From a virus: a stretch of DNA of 64,000 bases. The stretch lies in IMG/VR virus record IMGVR_UViG_3300044548_000056. One strand, written 5' to 3'. Position numbers and translations under genes: made by a program. A model generated the notes under the pieces. It ran no database searches. It saw only the letters and a program-made list of their open reading frames with translations, and was not told the DNA's origin. Positions 53,707 to 64,000 of the stretch are shown here, in pieces (position 1 is the first letter of the stretch; the number at the start of each line of letters is the position of its first letter).

Positions 53707-56049
53707 TTGAATTATAAATATATAAAATCTATGGAAACAAATTTTAGTGAAGAATACAAAAATTGGATAGAAACTTTATCTGAGCCAAACTTCAAAGAAC
53801 TTGTTAAGGATTTCGTCAAAGAATATTATAACACTAAAAGTGTCTGTTTATGTGATGGTCCGTATGATGGCGGTATTGATCTCATTATCATTAATGATAA
53901 GCAAATGGAAATTAAAAGAAACATTCAAATAACAGTACAAAGGACAGGATATAAGACAAAACTCATTAATGATCTAAAGAAGTCAAAAGAGAATGTAGAT
54001 AAATATTCTTATCTTAATAAATTAGATTTCTACATCAACTCAACAATAAGTCAATCCAATATCAATAAGCTAAAAAGAGAAGCAGAAGTAGATTATCTGA
54101 TTGATCTAAACATATATGATGCTAATAGGCTTGCAGAATTAGCAAATGAGTATAAATCAATCAGAAAGGCTATAGAAAAATTTCATCAACAAGCTTTTCC
54201 TAAAGAGAAAATATCAGTCGATAAAAACACTAAAATTCTCTTTGACACATTATCGCTTAATAAAGATATGACTGCTATAAAAACGAATTTCATACAGTCA
54301 CTAATTCTATCACATTTATACCAAAAGGGGCAAGCTAGTACTAAAGAGTTATACAATTCACTGAAAGATTGCTTTTTTGAAAAAGTACAAGAAAATATTA
54401 TTCAATCAGAAATAGGAAAATTAAAAAAAGAAGGCAAAATCATCGACATACCTGAGAGTCAGCCAAAAAAATTCAAATTGGTTGATAGCACAACTGAAAG
54501 AATGAAACAAATAGATGAAACAGCTCAAATGAACGAATCTATGCTTATCCATGATTTTGAAAAAATACTTAACAAATATTCTTCTTCATTGCAGGCTAAA
54601 GAAATAGCAGAATATATAATGAAATTATATAATGCGAATTACGAAATCGATGAAAATGAGGTTCTAAAACCATTGAATAACCATGAACAAAAAATCCAAG
54701 GTATATTCAAAAGTTTTATTTCCTATCTACAGAAGGAACATTATATTAATGAACTCAAAGCAAATGATATAGCAAGAGAATTATTAGTAGTTTGTGAGAG
54801 GAATAGCTTTCTAAACAAAGTAAGTATTTCTAAGATGTTTATGAATTTATTTAAATCTGATAAGTTAGAGGAATATTTGAATTCTTCAAAGAGAATAATT
54901 TTCATAGATACCCAAGTCCTTTTGCAAATAATATGCTGCAAATTTGAAGAGACCAGTTACAGTGATCAATTATATAATGCAACAAAGACATTCCTAAATA
55001 CAATCCAACAATCATCAATAGACATCGAATTACATACAACAAATGAATATATTGAAGAAGTAGCATGGCACATTTTAACAGCATCTAAATTAGAAAATTT
55101 TTTAAGTCTTCCTTATATACAAGATTTAGGAAAATCTAAAAATGTCTTCTTTAACTTTTATCTTAATATAAAAGAAGAACATGAATACAATGACTTTAAT
55201 GAATTTATTAATGAATTGCTTGATGTAGATATTACCCAATTATATTCAGATCAAGAAAAAGTAGATGAGTTGGTAAGTAGTTTGTTGGAGCGTTTAGATT
55301 TACTTAATATTGAAGTTAATTCTATCCCTAAATTTGAAGAGTATGATAAATATAAAAAAGAATATGAAAACACTTTAAGTTATATAAAGAATGATCAAAA
55401 ATCTTATGAGGCGAGAAAACATGATTTAAATACAGTCTTATACATATCTATGTATTATGATAGTGAAGAAGGAACTTTTCCAGAGCCATTTCTTATTACT
55501 TGGGATACCTCATTCTTTGAAGTTAGAAAGTCATTCCGTAAATTCGGTTTAAATTATTGGTATTTATACCCTCCATTAAAATTTGCAAATACTATTTCTG
55601 TCATTAATTTAAAAATAGACTCAAAAGTCATTAACTACAATATAATATCTCTTGTAGAAGAGAATTTCAATTTGTCTAATGAAAGCATTAGTTTTATTGA
55701 TTTAATAAGTGAATTATTTAACGATAAGAATATTAGCGAATGGAAATTAATAGATAAACTTACAAAGCTTAGAAAAAAACTACAAGAAAATATTAAAAAA
55801 GAAGATTTCACTGCTGATCATCATAAGAATCTACCAATAGACGAGCTATTACTTTTAATGCAAAATTACTATAGAGACCCCAATAACCATAAAAATTACA
55901 AAGATTACGTAAAAACATTCCAAAATGACGCAAATGCCGATCGAATATCTTTATTAATAGAAAATCATTTGGAAGATTTCCAATCGAAAGAAGGTATAAA
56001 TATTCTTATTATAGAGGAAATGGATAAAATAATTTCTTATAACAGATAA
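53707..56049 (+). CDS. REase-wHTH-PIN accessory protein (copy 2)
   Basis: Identical to 10931-13273. Confidence 0.6.
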   Translation: MNYKYIKSMETNFSEEYKNWIETLSEPNFKELVKDFVKEYYNTKSVCLCDGPYDGGIDLIIINDKQMEIKRNIQITVQRTGYKTKLINDLKKSKENVDKYSYLNKLDFYINSTISQSNINKLKREAEVDYLIDLNIYDANRLAELANEYKSIRKAIEKFHQQAFPKEKISVDKNTKILFDTLSLNKDMTAIKTNFIQSLILSHLYQKGQASTKELYNSLKDCFFEKVQENIIQSEIGKLKKEGKIIDIPESQPKKFKLVDSTTERMKQIDETAQMNESMLIHDFEKILNKYSSSLQAKEIAEYIMKLYNANYEIDENEVLKPLNNHEQKIQGIFKSFISYLQKEHYINELKANDIARELLVVCERNSFLNKVSISKMFMNLFKSDKLEEYLNSSKRIIFIDTQVLLQIICCKFEETSYSDQLYNATKTFLNTIQQSSIDIELHTTNEYIEEVAWHILTASKLENFLSLPYIQDLGKSKNVFFNFYLNIKEEHEYNDFNEFINELLDVDITQLYSDQEKVDELVSSLLERLDLLNIEVNSIPKFEEYDKYKKEYENTLSYIKNDQKSYEARKHDLNTVLYISMYYDSEEGTFPEPFLITWDTSFFEVRKSFRKFGLNYWYLYPPLKFANTISVINLKIDSKVINYNIISLVEENFNLSNESISFIDLISELFNDKNISEWKLIDKLTKLRKKLQENIKKEDFTADHHKNLPIDELLLLMQNYYRDPNNHKNYKDYVKTFQNDANADRISLLIENHLEDFQSKEGINILIIEEMDKIISYNR

Positions 56050-56112
56050 GAATATTGATGAATAGACATAGGAGTATATTAATGCTCCTATGCTTATTCT
56101 CATAAGTTAGCA

Positions 56113-56304
56113 TCAGTCAGACTTACTTCTTATCTGAATAAATCCCCTTCGTGCAGTTTCCTTGAGTAACTCCATATCAGAATCTTTAATTTCACAGGGT
56201 GTTTCGCCATTGATAGACAGGTAATCCGGTATATTGAACTTCTCTCTTATTCTCTTTCGGATGATTGGCTTTGTTTCTCTTTCCCAGTAAATAGTGACCT
56301 TCAT
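56113..56304 (-). CDS. Hypothetical protein (copy 2)
   Basis: Identical to 13337-13528. Confidence 0.65.
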   Translation of the reverse strand: MKVTIYWERETKPIIRKRIREKFNIPDYLSINGETPCEIKDSDMELLKETARRGFIQIRSKSD

Positions 56305-56882
56305 TTGCGCAGACTTTTACCGATGAAATTAACCCGCTTAGTTATGGCTACAAGCCGATCCATAGTGCGCTCTCCGTACTTCTCACTAACCTCGTTTAGA
56401 GAAAGGTTCGTTGTCACAATAAGCAATTTACCCCTCTTTTCCGCTTCATCCACTATTTCAGAGAAGGCAAGTCTTTTCTCTCCATACTTCACTGATAAGT
56501 TCTCTGTCCCAATGTCATCAATGTAAATGATATGCCTTGATTTGACAGCGTCAAGATTAGCATTCATTTGCTGGGCATCATAACAGGAAACGATCTTGTG
56601 ACAATAATAATTAAGAAGTACCGGAATTACTTTTCCACAAATCAGTGTTTTACCAAGTCCACAGTTTCCGTAACAGAATAACCCGCGCCCATCATTTGAT
56701 GTCAGCCATGCCACTATTTCGTCATATTCAGGCAACCACACAGGCTGTTTGGAGAAGTAGCTTATACCCCGCCAAAGATTATTTTTTGCGTCAGGAACCC
56801 CTATATTTACCACATTGGGTACAGGATTAAAGCCTGTATCTTTCAGGTTTTCTAATGCTTGCTGAAAATTCATCGCTTCCAT
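56301..56882 (-). CDS. DnaC/IstB-like loader (copy 2)
   Basis: Identical to 13525-14106. Confidence 0.88.
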   Translation of the reverse strand: MEAMNFQQALENLKDTGFNPVPNVVNIGVPDAKNNLWRGISYFSKQPVWLPEYDEIVAWLTSNDGRGLFCYGNCGLGKTLICGKVIPVLLNYYCHKIVSCYDAQQMNANLDAVKSRHIIYIDDIGTENLSVKYGEKRLAFSEIVDEAEKRGKLLIVTTNLSLNEVSEKYGERTMDRLVAITKRVNFIGKSLRK

Positions 56883-57748
56883 TTTTCATCATCATTTGAA
56901 TATTTGTCAACTGAATTGTCTTTAAGGACAATGCCGACATCAGGCTTGCCAGAATGAACCTTTTTAGCCTGCGAAACGATCTCGTTAAACTTTGAATTGA
57001 TATTAGTTACGCTGAAATTCTCAAATATCCATCCCTCTTTGATTTGGGAAAGGAAGTATTTAAGCGCGTACAAAACAGAATCATCATCCACGGGCAAGTT
57101 CTTTTGCTCTCGTGAAAATGTAAGTTTCTTAAGTAGTTGAGACATTGCACCGGCATCTTTGGCCGTCCAGTAGTAAGTATCGGAAAAAGTACTCTTAAAG
57201 TGTTCCTCAAAAATTGCACGGGCATTTTGATTGATCGACTTAGGTGCACTATTTTTTTTCTTACCTCCCCCTTTAGGGGGTGTGGGGGTTATATTATTCT
57301 TATCTACTTTACTTTCCTTTTCTTTTCTTGTTATAGTTTCAAGTGGTTTTGTTATAACATTGTTATCGGTTTCAGATAGCTTTGTTATTGATTTAGCATT
57401 TTTCCATCTCGAACTCATTCCTTTTATTCCGGCTTCTGAACGTTTCTTGCTTTTCTCGTCTTTTAAAACCATTCTCTTTTTAAAGCTTTCGGAGTAGAAG
57501 TACTTACCATCTTCGGTAAAGACAAATAACCCAAAATCTTCTATAACTGATTTTACTTTTTCCGTACTGACACGAAAATCAAAGGCTATCATATTATAAT
57601 CTTTGATGCTCATGTATTCAGGTTCTTCTCTTAGACGTTCCAAAAGCATGAAATATATTCCATAGCCTTCAACTCCGAACTTCATCCTTAAATTGATGAT
57701 CTTATCGGAGTTTCTTGCATTACTGTCATGAGAAAAATAGTTATTCAT
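56870..57748 (-). CDS. Replication initiator (copy 2)
   Basis: Identical to 14094-14972. Confidence 0.8.
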   Translation of the reverse strand: MNNYFSHDSNARNSDKIINLRMKFGVEGYGIYFMLLERLREEPEYMSIKDYNMIAFDFRVSTEKVKSVIEDFGLFVFTEDGKYFYSESFKKRMVLKDEKSKKRSEAGIKGMSSRWKNAKSITKLSETDNNVITKPLETITRKEKESKVDKNNITPTPPKGGGKKKNSAPKSINQNARAIFEEHFKSTFSDTYYWTAKDAGAMSQLLKKLTFSREQKNLPVDDDSVLYALKYFLSQIKEGWIFENFSVTNINSKFNEIVSQAKKVHSGKPDVGIVLKDNSVDKYSNDDEKWKR

Positions 57749-57825
57749 GTAATTTCTTCCATTTAATAAACTCTTCTATTAATTTGTCTTTTTTCTGCCT
57801 ATTGCATTTTCTACATGAAACATTC

Positions 57826-58176
57826 TTATTTTAGATAGGAATTTACTTCATTCATAAACTCTTCCAGAGAACGGCAAACAACGTATTTATTATTGGCCCT
57901 TTCGGCATCATGCTGCCATACCTTTTGTTCATCACTCTGTTTGCCTTTGGGTGTTTTCATCTCTATACAAAGAGAAGCATATCCTTTCTTGGGAACTAAA
58001 AGTATTAAGTCTGCAACACCACGTATGCAGCCTTCATGTTTCATCATAGCCCCGGTCTTTGGATCACGTTTACCACCATTAGGCACGGAAAACAAAAGCC
58101 GGGAAAGAAAAGGATATTGAAACCGGAACCACTGCAAGCAACTATGCTGCATCCTACTTTCTAATTGATTCATCAT
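57826..58176 (-). CDS. VRR-NUC nuclease (copy 2)
   Basis: Identical to 15050-15400. Confidence 0.9.
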   Translation of the reverse strand: MMNQLESRMQHSCLQWFRFQYPFLSRLLFSVPNGGKRDPKTGAMMKHEGCIRGVADLILLVPKKGYASLCIEMKTPKGKQSDEQKVWQHDAERANNKYVVCRSLEEFMNEVNSYLK

Positions 58177-59861
58177 AATTTTCCTTTAAATAAATCCATA
58201 GCCATATCAACTATATTTTCTTTTACCACATCATCCGTACCGGTTACGCCATTAGCGATATTCTTTTTAGATTGGATGATTTTATACATGTATTCATCAA
58301 TGGTTTCCTTACCAAGAAAGTAGTAGCAATTCACATTATTCTTTTGTCCATTACGGTGCGCTCTGTCCTCTGCCTGTTCACAATCGGAGAATGTCCAGGG
58401 AAATTCAACGAATGCCACACGGCTGGCCGCAGTCAATGTCAAACCCGTACCACCGGACTTATAGTTCAGTATAATAAGTTTGCAATCCGGGTTATCCTGA
58501 AACTGATCGACAGCATACTGCTTTTGCGTTGCATTATCATCGCCAGTTACCGTAACGGCTTTAGGGAATAACTTTTTCAACTCTTTCACTACATCTTTGA
58601 GGTAAGCAAAGACAATTAGTTTCTCTCCACCATCAATAACATCATGTATGAAATCGGCAGCTTGCTTAATCTTTCCACGGGCTGAAATATCTTTCAGAAT
58701 ACCCATCTTCACCATTACTTCACCACGCAATGACTTGGCAATCTTTTCATCATCCGCTTTTTTATAATTACGCAGATAACTAATAAGATCATTCTCTGCC
58801 CTTTGGTATTCCAACCGTGTTGTTATATCCACTTCCAAATACTGGCGTGTTTTATCCGGGAGTTGAGTTAAAACTTTAGCTTTCTCGCGTCGAAAGAAAC
58901 ACGTTTTCCATAAACGCCAATTCAACTCTTTCAGGTTGGATGCTCTTTTAGGTCCATCACAGTATCTTTTCACAAAATGGGAGTAACCCCCGAAATCTTC
59001 CAAGCGTCCCATGATTTTTAATTGCTGTATCAAATCGGTATTATCATTGACAACCGGTGTACCCGTCAGTTCAAGAATAAACTCTTTCTCTTTACAAATA
59101 CCTTCTACAAACTTACTTTGCTGCGTTTTGGTAGATTTACACTTGTGACTTTCGTCTATGATAACCGAACGGAAAAGAGAAATACGCGGGTCAAAAGCAA
59201 TGGACTTCATCGTAAACCGGGTATCGTTCTTTACGTTAAGCACAAAGAACTTCTTTAGGCTTTCATAATTCGTAATGTAAATATCACAGCAACGCGCTTC
59301 ATAAAAGCGTTGCCATGAGTTTCTGTTTTTATCATCAAGGATAAGAGCCTGTTTCCCGGCAAACTTTTTAAATTCACGTTGCCAATTGATTTTTAACGAA
59401 GCCGGACAAATGACAAGGCACGGATACGCCTTAGCTATCGTAACCGTGCCTATTGCCTGACATGTCTTGCCCAACCCCGGTTGGTCCCCTAAAATACATC
59501 GTTTATGTATCAATGAATATGCAATCCCTTCTTTCTGGTAATCGTATGGATCAATCTTCAATCCATGCGGAACGGTCAATTTAGGCATTTCCGATATGGA
59601 GTAGTCTACATTCCTTCTCGTCTGTTCAAAACGCTGCACAGAGCCACAATAGCCACGATTCACCGCCCACTCGGCCATTCTTTCAACATACCATGCATCA
59701 GCAAGTGAAACCATCCATGATTTTTCATCAAAAAGATACGCTTTCTTTACGTCGGCCCTCACGGATGGGATTTTCTTCACACACTCCACAAGTGTGGGGT
59801 GATACATAAACTTCAATTTGAAACCGTCCGGACATTTGGTAATACAAAAAGGAGCTGCCAT
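58173..59861 (-). CDS. SNF2-like helicase (copy 2)
   Basis: Identical to 15397-17085. Confidence 0.92.
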   Translation of the reverse strand: MAAPFCITKCPDGFKLKFMYHPTLVECVKKIPSVRADVKKAYLFDEKSWMVSLADAWYVERMAEWAVNRGYCGSVQRFEQTRRNVDYSISEMPKLTVPHGLKIDPYDYQKEGIAYSLIHKRCILGDQPGLGKTCQAIGTVTIAKAYPCLVICPASLKINWQREFKKFAGKQALILDDKNRNSWQRFYEARCCDIYITNYESLKKFFVLNVKNDTRFTMKSIAFDPRISLFRSVIIDESHKCKSTKTQQSKFVEGICKEKEFILELTGTPVVNDNTDLIQQLKIMGRLEDFGGYSHFVKRYCDGPKRASNLKELNWRLWKTCFFRREKAKVLTQLPDKTRQYLEVDITTRLEYQRAENDLISYLRNYKKADDEKIAKSLRGEVMVKMGILKDISARGKIKQAADFIHDVIDGGEKLIVFAYLKDVVKELKKLFPKAVTVTGDDNATQKQYAVDQFQDNPDCKLIILNYKSGGTGLTLTAASRVAFVEFPWTFSDCEQAEDRAHRNGQKNNVNCYYFLGKETIDEYMYKIIQSKKNIANGVTGTDDVVKENIVDMAMDLFKGKL

Positions 59862-60499
59862 TATGCTACTGTCTTCTCACATTTCTTATGGGTACGACGC
59901 GTTTTTATCTGTTTCCCATTAATCTTTATCGTAGTTCCTGTCTGTTCACAAAGATCAGCCAAAGCGTCCACATTCAAATCATCGACTTTATCCGGGAAAG
60001 GATTGTCTTCACTGGATGATTCCTCGTTTTGAAATGGAAGTTCCTGTTGGACAATGGCCCATTTCTTTGCAGTCAAATATTGATTTACCTCATAGTTACA
60101 TGCCTCTATCGCCTGTTGTAATTCAAAAGCAAATGGATATTCTTCATTTTCGTTATTGAACATCGTAAACGGAGCATTCAAATTCAAAACCTTCTTACTC
60201 TTCAGAAAACGTTTTCCTGTTAATGTAGTTCCTTCGTTATCATCCGATCCGCCTATGCTATATCCGCTAACTTCAAACGTCGTTGAAACAGTATCGGGAA
60301 GTTCATCCAATGATTCTTTCTTATCCGCTTCCTTTTGTTCGCAAAGAAAAGCAAGATGCGGAATGAGATCATCAAATGCAGCTCGCATATCTTTATGGAT
60401 GATATTCTTTCCCTCAATGGTAACCGTATCCTCATTTTCATTCTTGAATACTGCTTCCAAAGTATTCTCTTTTGTGATTTTTGCTTTTATAATTTCCAT
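59861..60499 (-). CDS. Hypothetical protein (copy 2)
   Basis: Identical to 17085-17723. Confidence 0.75.
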   Translation of the reverse strand: MEIIKAKITKENTLEAVFKNENEDTVTIEGKNIIHKDMRAAFDDLIPHLAFLCEQKEADKKESLDELPDTVSTTFEVSGYSIGGSDDNEGTTLTGKRFLKSKKVLNLNAPFTMFNNENEEYPFAFELQQAIEACNYEVNQYLTAKKWAIVQQELPFQNEESSSEDNPFPDKVDDLNVDALADLCEQTGTTIKINGKQIKTRRTHKKCEKTVA

Positions 60500-60503
60500 T
60501 TTA

Positions 60504-60929
60504 CTATCTCTTGTATTTATACTCGTTAATAAACTCTTGATAAAAACGATCAGCCGGGAGAGGAAGGGTTATTCCCAATTCGGCAGCAACATCCGCCTGC
60601 ACTTTATTCAAAAAGTCAGTCATCTGCACTGTATTTAGTTTCGATGTGCTCCCGGTTATAATCGTTTCGTTTCCTTTTATATATGAAGTTCTCCTAAGAA
60701 AGCGGTTGCAATAATAATCATGGGTATCCTGTTTGTCCTGTCCCGTTTCATCTTCAATACAGGTAAACCAAAGCCACATAAGCGCATTCTGTGATAGTGT
60801 GCGCGGCTCTGTATATCGTTCTATCTTTAACCGATACTTGCCATTATGAAGCTGGGAGCACATGAAATCAAATGATTTGCTCATTTGTATTTCACCATCT
60901 TTCTTTGTTAGGATTGCTTCTTGGTTCAT
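60504..60929 (-). CDS. NinB-like protein (copy 2)
   Basis: Identical to 17728-18153. Confidence 0.6.
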   Translation of the reverse strand: MNQEAILTKKDGEIQMSKSFDFMCSQLHNGKYRLKIERYTEPRTLSQNALMWLWFTCIEDETGQDKQDTHDYYCNRFLRRTSYIKGNETIITGSTSKLNTVQMTDFLNKVQADVAAELGITLPLPADRFYQEFINEYKYKR

Positions 60930-61744
60930 TCCTCTGCAAATATTTTCTTATCAGTTATCAATGCTTTGTTTACCTCCAGAAACGTGATAAACTTCTCACA
61001 GTGTGCTGTAAGTAACCTCACTGACTGCTCGTGATTGTAAGTGTAATATTCCGGGTATTGAGTACCACTGATTAGAGGTGTTCTGCTTGTACCACCTTTT
61101 ATTTGATAGGCCGTATATTCAAAAGCCTTTATGCTATCCATCTGACCGGAAGCAATCAAACAATAAGGATATACATGCCTCTGCCAACCATGCTCATATT
61201 TGCCAAAATCGTATTTCGAGGTGGCTTTAATATCATACACCGTATCCCGGCGCAGTTCATCTATATACCCGTATAGCTCGACATCTCCGTACTGTGTAGA
61301 AAGCATCGCTTTAACAAATACCTGTGAGAGAGAATCAGCGAAATATCGTGCTTGCTCTATACACCAAGACCGATCAAATAAGAAGTTTCTTTCCGGTGCA
61401 ATATCTGTTTTAGGGAAATAGGCCTGAACTGTATTTGCCTCTGTGTTATCAACTATTTGATAGGGATTACGCTTATCAGGAACATGCTTCTTATTATGTA
61501 CATAACAGTCAATAATAGCATTGAATGCTGTTCCCTTATCAGCCGCTTCACTTTCAAACGGTACACGATTGATTCCATTAATAAGGTCTTGTTTCAGTTC
61601 GGCTTCTATTTCTGCCGGAGAGCGTTTATACTCTCCGGTTTCCCTATCTATATTCCAAAACTCTTCAACCTCTTCATCTGCCCGCAAATACTTTTCAAAT
61701 TTATCAAGCAGCGAAGGATAAAACTTATAATTAGGCTGCTTCAT
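60926..61744 (-). CDS. PD-(D/E)XK exonuclease-like protein (copy 2)
   Basis: Identical to 18150-18968. Confidence 0.7.
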   Translation of the reverse strand: MKQPNYKFYPSLLDKFEKYLRADEEVEEFWNIDRETGEYKRSPAEIEAELKQDLINGINRVPFESEAADKGTAFNAIIDCYVHNKKHVPDKRNPYQIVDNTEANTVQAYFPKTDIAPERNFLFDRSWCIEQARYFADSLSQVFVKAMLSTQYGDVELYGYIDELRRDTVYDIKATSKYDFGKYEHGWQRHVYPYCLIASGQMDSIKAFEYTAYQIKGGTSRTPLISGTQYPEYYTYNHEQSVRLLTAHCEKFITFLEVNKALITDKKIFAEE

Positions 61745-62666
61745 ATAGCTTTGTTTTAGGATTGAACTTTAATCCAAGTGATTTACACTTATCATTAAGA
61801 AGATGCCCGGCACGTACCTTACTATCAAAGATATGCTCCATTGAAGCTATTGCTTCTTTGGCATCATTGGCAGACTGCAAGTCAGTAACCAATTCGATTG
61901 TGTCCTGAATGGATTCCAAAACACTTTCATAATCAGAAGATAACTCGGTTTGTTTCTCCTGATATTCTTTATAGATATGAATAATCTTAGCCATAAAATC
62001 ATTCTGTCCTGTAACCGTACCATTCTCGTCAATAATCACTGGAATTTTTATGCGCGATGGTAAGTTACAGGTATTCTTACCATAGAATTTTTCGCATGGG
62101 TCAAAAGAAATTGTTCTATCCTTTCCGATGGCCTCCATGTAACCAACAAGGTCAAGCTCTTTAATCAAATCACCCGCAGAGGAACCGCTAATCTCCGGGC
62201 GTATCTGCTTTTCATCTCCGACCTTCTCTTCACGTTCATGGGCTACAAAAACCACAGATTTGCCCATGAGAGTGACTTGATTAACGAAGTTAATAAACAT
62301 GTTCTTTCTCACCCCATAGCCTTGCAAAGACAGTGTACCATCCGACTTACGCATTTTCGGATTGGTCTGCATGATATACTTATCCATAAAGGAAAGCATC
62401 TTCCCGGCCGTATCAATCACGATCGTGTCGAACTCTTTAATATCATCCGAAGAGAGCACTTGATTTGTTTCCTCCCATGAAGTGATTTGTACCGTTGGAA
62501 CACGATGTGCAGCGTTGACACGATGAATGCCACCATCGTAATCAAATAAAACCGGATTGGGAGCACTCAAAGCGAGTGTCGTTTTTCCCATACCCGGCTG
62601 CCCATAGATCAGTGCTGACAAAGTAGTCTTAACGGTCAGCTCGTTAGGTTTTTTAATTAATCCCAT
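61731..62666 (-). CDS. Sak4-like ATPase (copy 2)
   Basis: Identical to 18955-19890. Confidence 0.85.
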   Translation of the reverse strand: MGLIKKPNELTVKTTLSALIYGQPGMGKTTLALSAPNPVLFDYDGGIHRVNAAHRVPTVQITSWEETNQVLSSDDIKEFDTIVIDTAGKMLSFMDKYIMQTNPKMRKSDGTLSLQGYGVRKNMFINFVNQVTLMGKSVVFVAHEREEKVGDEKQIRPEISGSSAGDLIKELDLVGYMEAIGKDRTISFDPCEKFYGKNTCNLPSRIKIPVIIDENGTVTGQNDFMAKIIHIYKEYQEKQTELSSDYESVLESIQDTIELVTDLQSANDAKEAIASMEHIFDSKVRAGHLLNDKCKSLGLKFNPKTKLYEAA

Positions 62667-62861
62667 AATGATAAAATTTTAGGTGAATAAAAAAATAGTT
62701 CCCGGATACCGAACCAACGGACACCGGGAGATTACACATCGAACAGAATATAAAACTTAAATATAGGGGCCATCCCTACGGTGTCCTTTCCACCGGCATA
62801 ATTAAATGATTAATAAAAATTTAGTTTGAATTATGTAAATGCTTCCTCCGCCGAGGTTTTG

Positions 62862-62972
62862 TGGGGTAGCCGGGACTCGAACCCGGAGTGCTGTTCCGTC
62901 TGCTAATAGGCGGCGAATCTTTGTCATATCATCGCTTTACGGTGACTAAATCCAACCTTTCGCCACTACCCC
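62862..62972 (-). ncRNA. tRNA-like RNA (copy 2)
   Basis: Identical to 20086-20196. Confidence 0.65.
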
Positions 62973-63007
62973 GTTTTTGCCGTCTTTCCGGCTGCTACTA
63001 CCCAATC

Positions 63008-63181
63008 CTACTTAAATACCCTTTTTAAAAACCTTTGGTAAAACCATACAGAGTACAAAATTCCAACGGTATTGACCCACCAGTTAAATTCGCCTGTTTC
63101 AGGATTAACATCATTGAAAGTCAACAGGCAAGGCAAAGCCAACAGGCTAAGCAGTAATACGTTTATTATTACCTTTTTCAT
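63008..63181 (-). CDS. 57-aa membrane protein (copy 2)
   Basis: Identical to 20232-20405. Confidence 0.7.
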   Translation of the reverse strand: MKKVIINVLLLSLLALPCLLTFNDVNPETGEFNWWVNTVGILYSVWFYQRFLKRVFK

Positions 63182-63461
63182 CGTTTCTTCTTTTATAAGG
63201 TTTCCGGTGTTTTATAATAGCATATTTAAGTACGTCCGAAGCGTTACAGAACCACTTCCCGTTTTGTTTATTAGTAGGCTTATCTGCCTGTATCTTTCCT
63301 TCCTCAATCAACCGCAATAAACGACCTAAGCCCCCGACCATCGAAGCTGCTTTTCTTTGGCCGAAATACTCTTTACTCATAATAAATAATATATTATCTA
63401 ACTTTGCCTCCGGTGTTCTATCATCCAAAATAGAACGATGTAAATTACTGTTATATATCAT
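63147..63461 (-). CDS. Excisionase-like HTH protein (copy 2)
   Basis: Identical to 20371-20685. Confidence 0.55.
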   Translation of the reverse strand: MIYNSNLHRSILDDRTPEAKLDNILFIMSKEYFGQRKAASMVGGLGRLLRLIEEGKIQADKPTNKQNGKWFCNASDVLKYAIIKHRKPYKRRNDEKGNNKRITA

Positions 63462-63844
63462 GCTGCTAATAAATTAATATCATTATCACTTCTTCCTCCT
63501 ACTCTCATGTAACGCATAGCTATTCGTGCTCTTGACGGGGTTTTCGCTCTCCGCATATCTACATTGTTACAGGTTACTTGCATCACAAGGAAAAGGACAC
63601 AAAACAAAAGTTCCAAGCCATGTTTGCGAATCTCCTTTAAATCAAAATTCCGGTGAAGCCTATCACATATCATATAAAGTACTAGTTCGGTATCCTTTGA
63701 AATGCCCAGTTTCCTGTATATTGTCCGCTTCTGCGTTTTCACCGTCCAAAGAGACTTATTAAGATTGTCTGCCACTTCTTTATCTGCAAGCCCTTTGCAA
63801 TACTCACTGGCAACAAGTTTCTCTGCTTGAGACAAAGCGAGCAT
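63458..63844 (-). CDS. LuxR-type regulator (copy 2)
   Basis: Identical to 20682-21068. Confidence 0.85.
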   Translation of the reverse strand: MLALSQAEKLVASEYCKGLADKEVADNLNKSLWTVKTQKRTIYRKLGISKDTELVLYMICDRLHRNFDLKEIRKHGLELLFCVLFLVMQVTCNNVDMRRAKTPSRARIAMRYMRVGGRSDNDINLLAA

Positions 63845-64000
63845 TACGCAACACGTTTAACTCTAAAAATACCTTTCCTCTTATCAATGTCACCTATCCT
63901 TTTCCAGTCAGCCCCCTCTACACACATTTCCAATCTTAGCCGGGAGAGCAAAGAGTTAATAGTAGAAATACTCTTTACTGGAAATGTCAAAACATCACCT
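63844..64000 (-). CDS. 3' part of the 71-aa hypothetical protein (copy 2, truncated by window end)
   Basis: Identical to 21068-21224. Confidence 0.65.
   Translation of the reverse strand, partial: GDVLTFPVKSISTINSLLSRLRLEMCVEGADWKRIGDIDKRKGIFRVKRVA

Larger units (their letters stand above)
42777..64000 (+). repeat. Second, partial tandem copy of positions 1-21224
   Basis: gggtccatccaatcaatg occurs at 1 and 42777; every ORF in the track recurs at offset +42776 with the same translation. Confidence 0.98.

Overview
The window holds about 1.5 head-to-tail copies of one 42,776-bp temperate siphovirus-like phage genome. Positions 42777-64000 repeat 1-21224 with the same ORF translations, and no host chromosome is visible. 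The host is very likely Bacteroidales, judged from TAnnTTTG/TTTG promoters and the protein families. Modules in one unit: tail genes, terminase and a ParB-methyltransferase (272-10742, minus); an AT-rich accessory nuclease gene (10931-13273, plus); a replication/recombination early operon (13337-23031, minus); a cI-like repressor operon carrying cargo (ion channel, HsdR-N nuclease, pilin-like lipoprotein, ORF6N; 23160-27605, plus); a probable attP and tyrosine integrase (27606-29085); an AT-rich three-gene accessory island (29835-33057); lysis genes, tail fibre, portal, capsid and Clp-type protease (33251-42901, minus). The most notable non-coding signals are a ~520-570-nt region rich in hairpins with paired ends in the early operon (candidate large ncRNA), a 111-nt tRNA top-half mimic, a structured ~180-nt leader with alternative folds, and a palindrome (ACTGACAT-N3-ATGTCAGT) at the same distance upstream of both late promoters. 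Protein calls come from motif recognition by eye and RNA structures from manual pairing; no database search or folding program was run.
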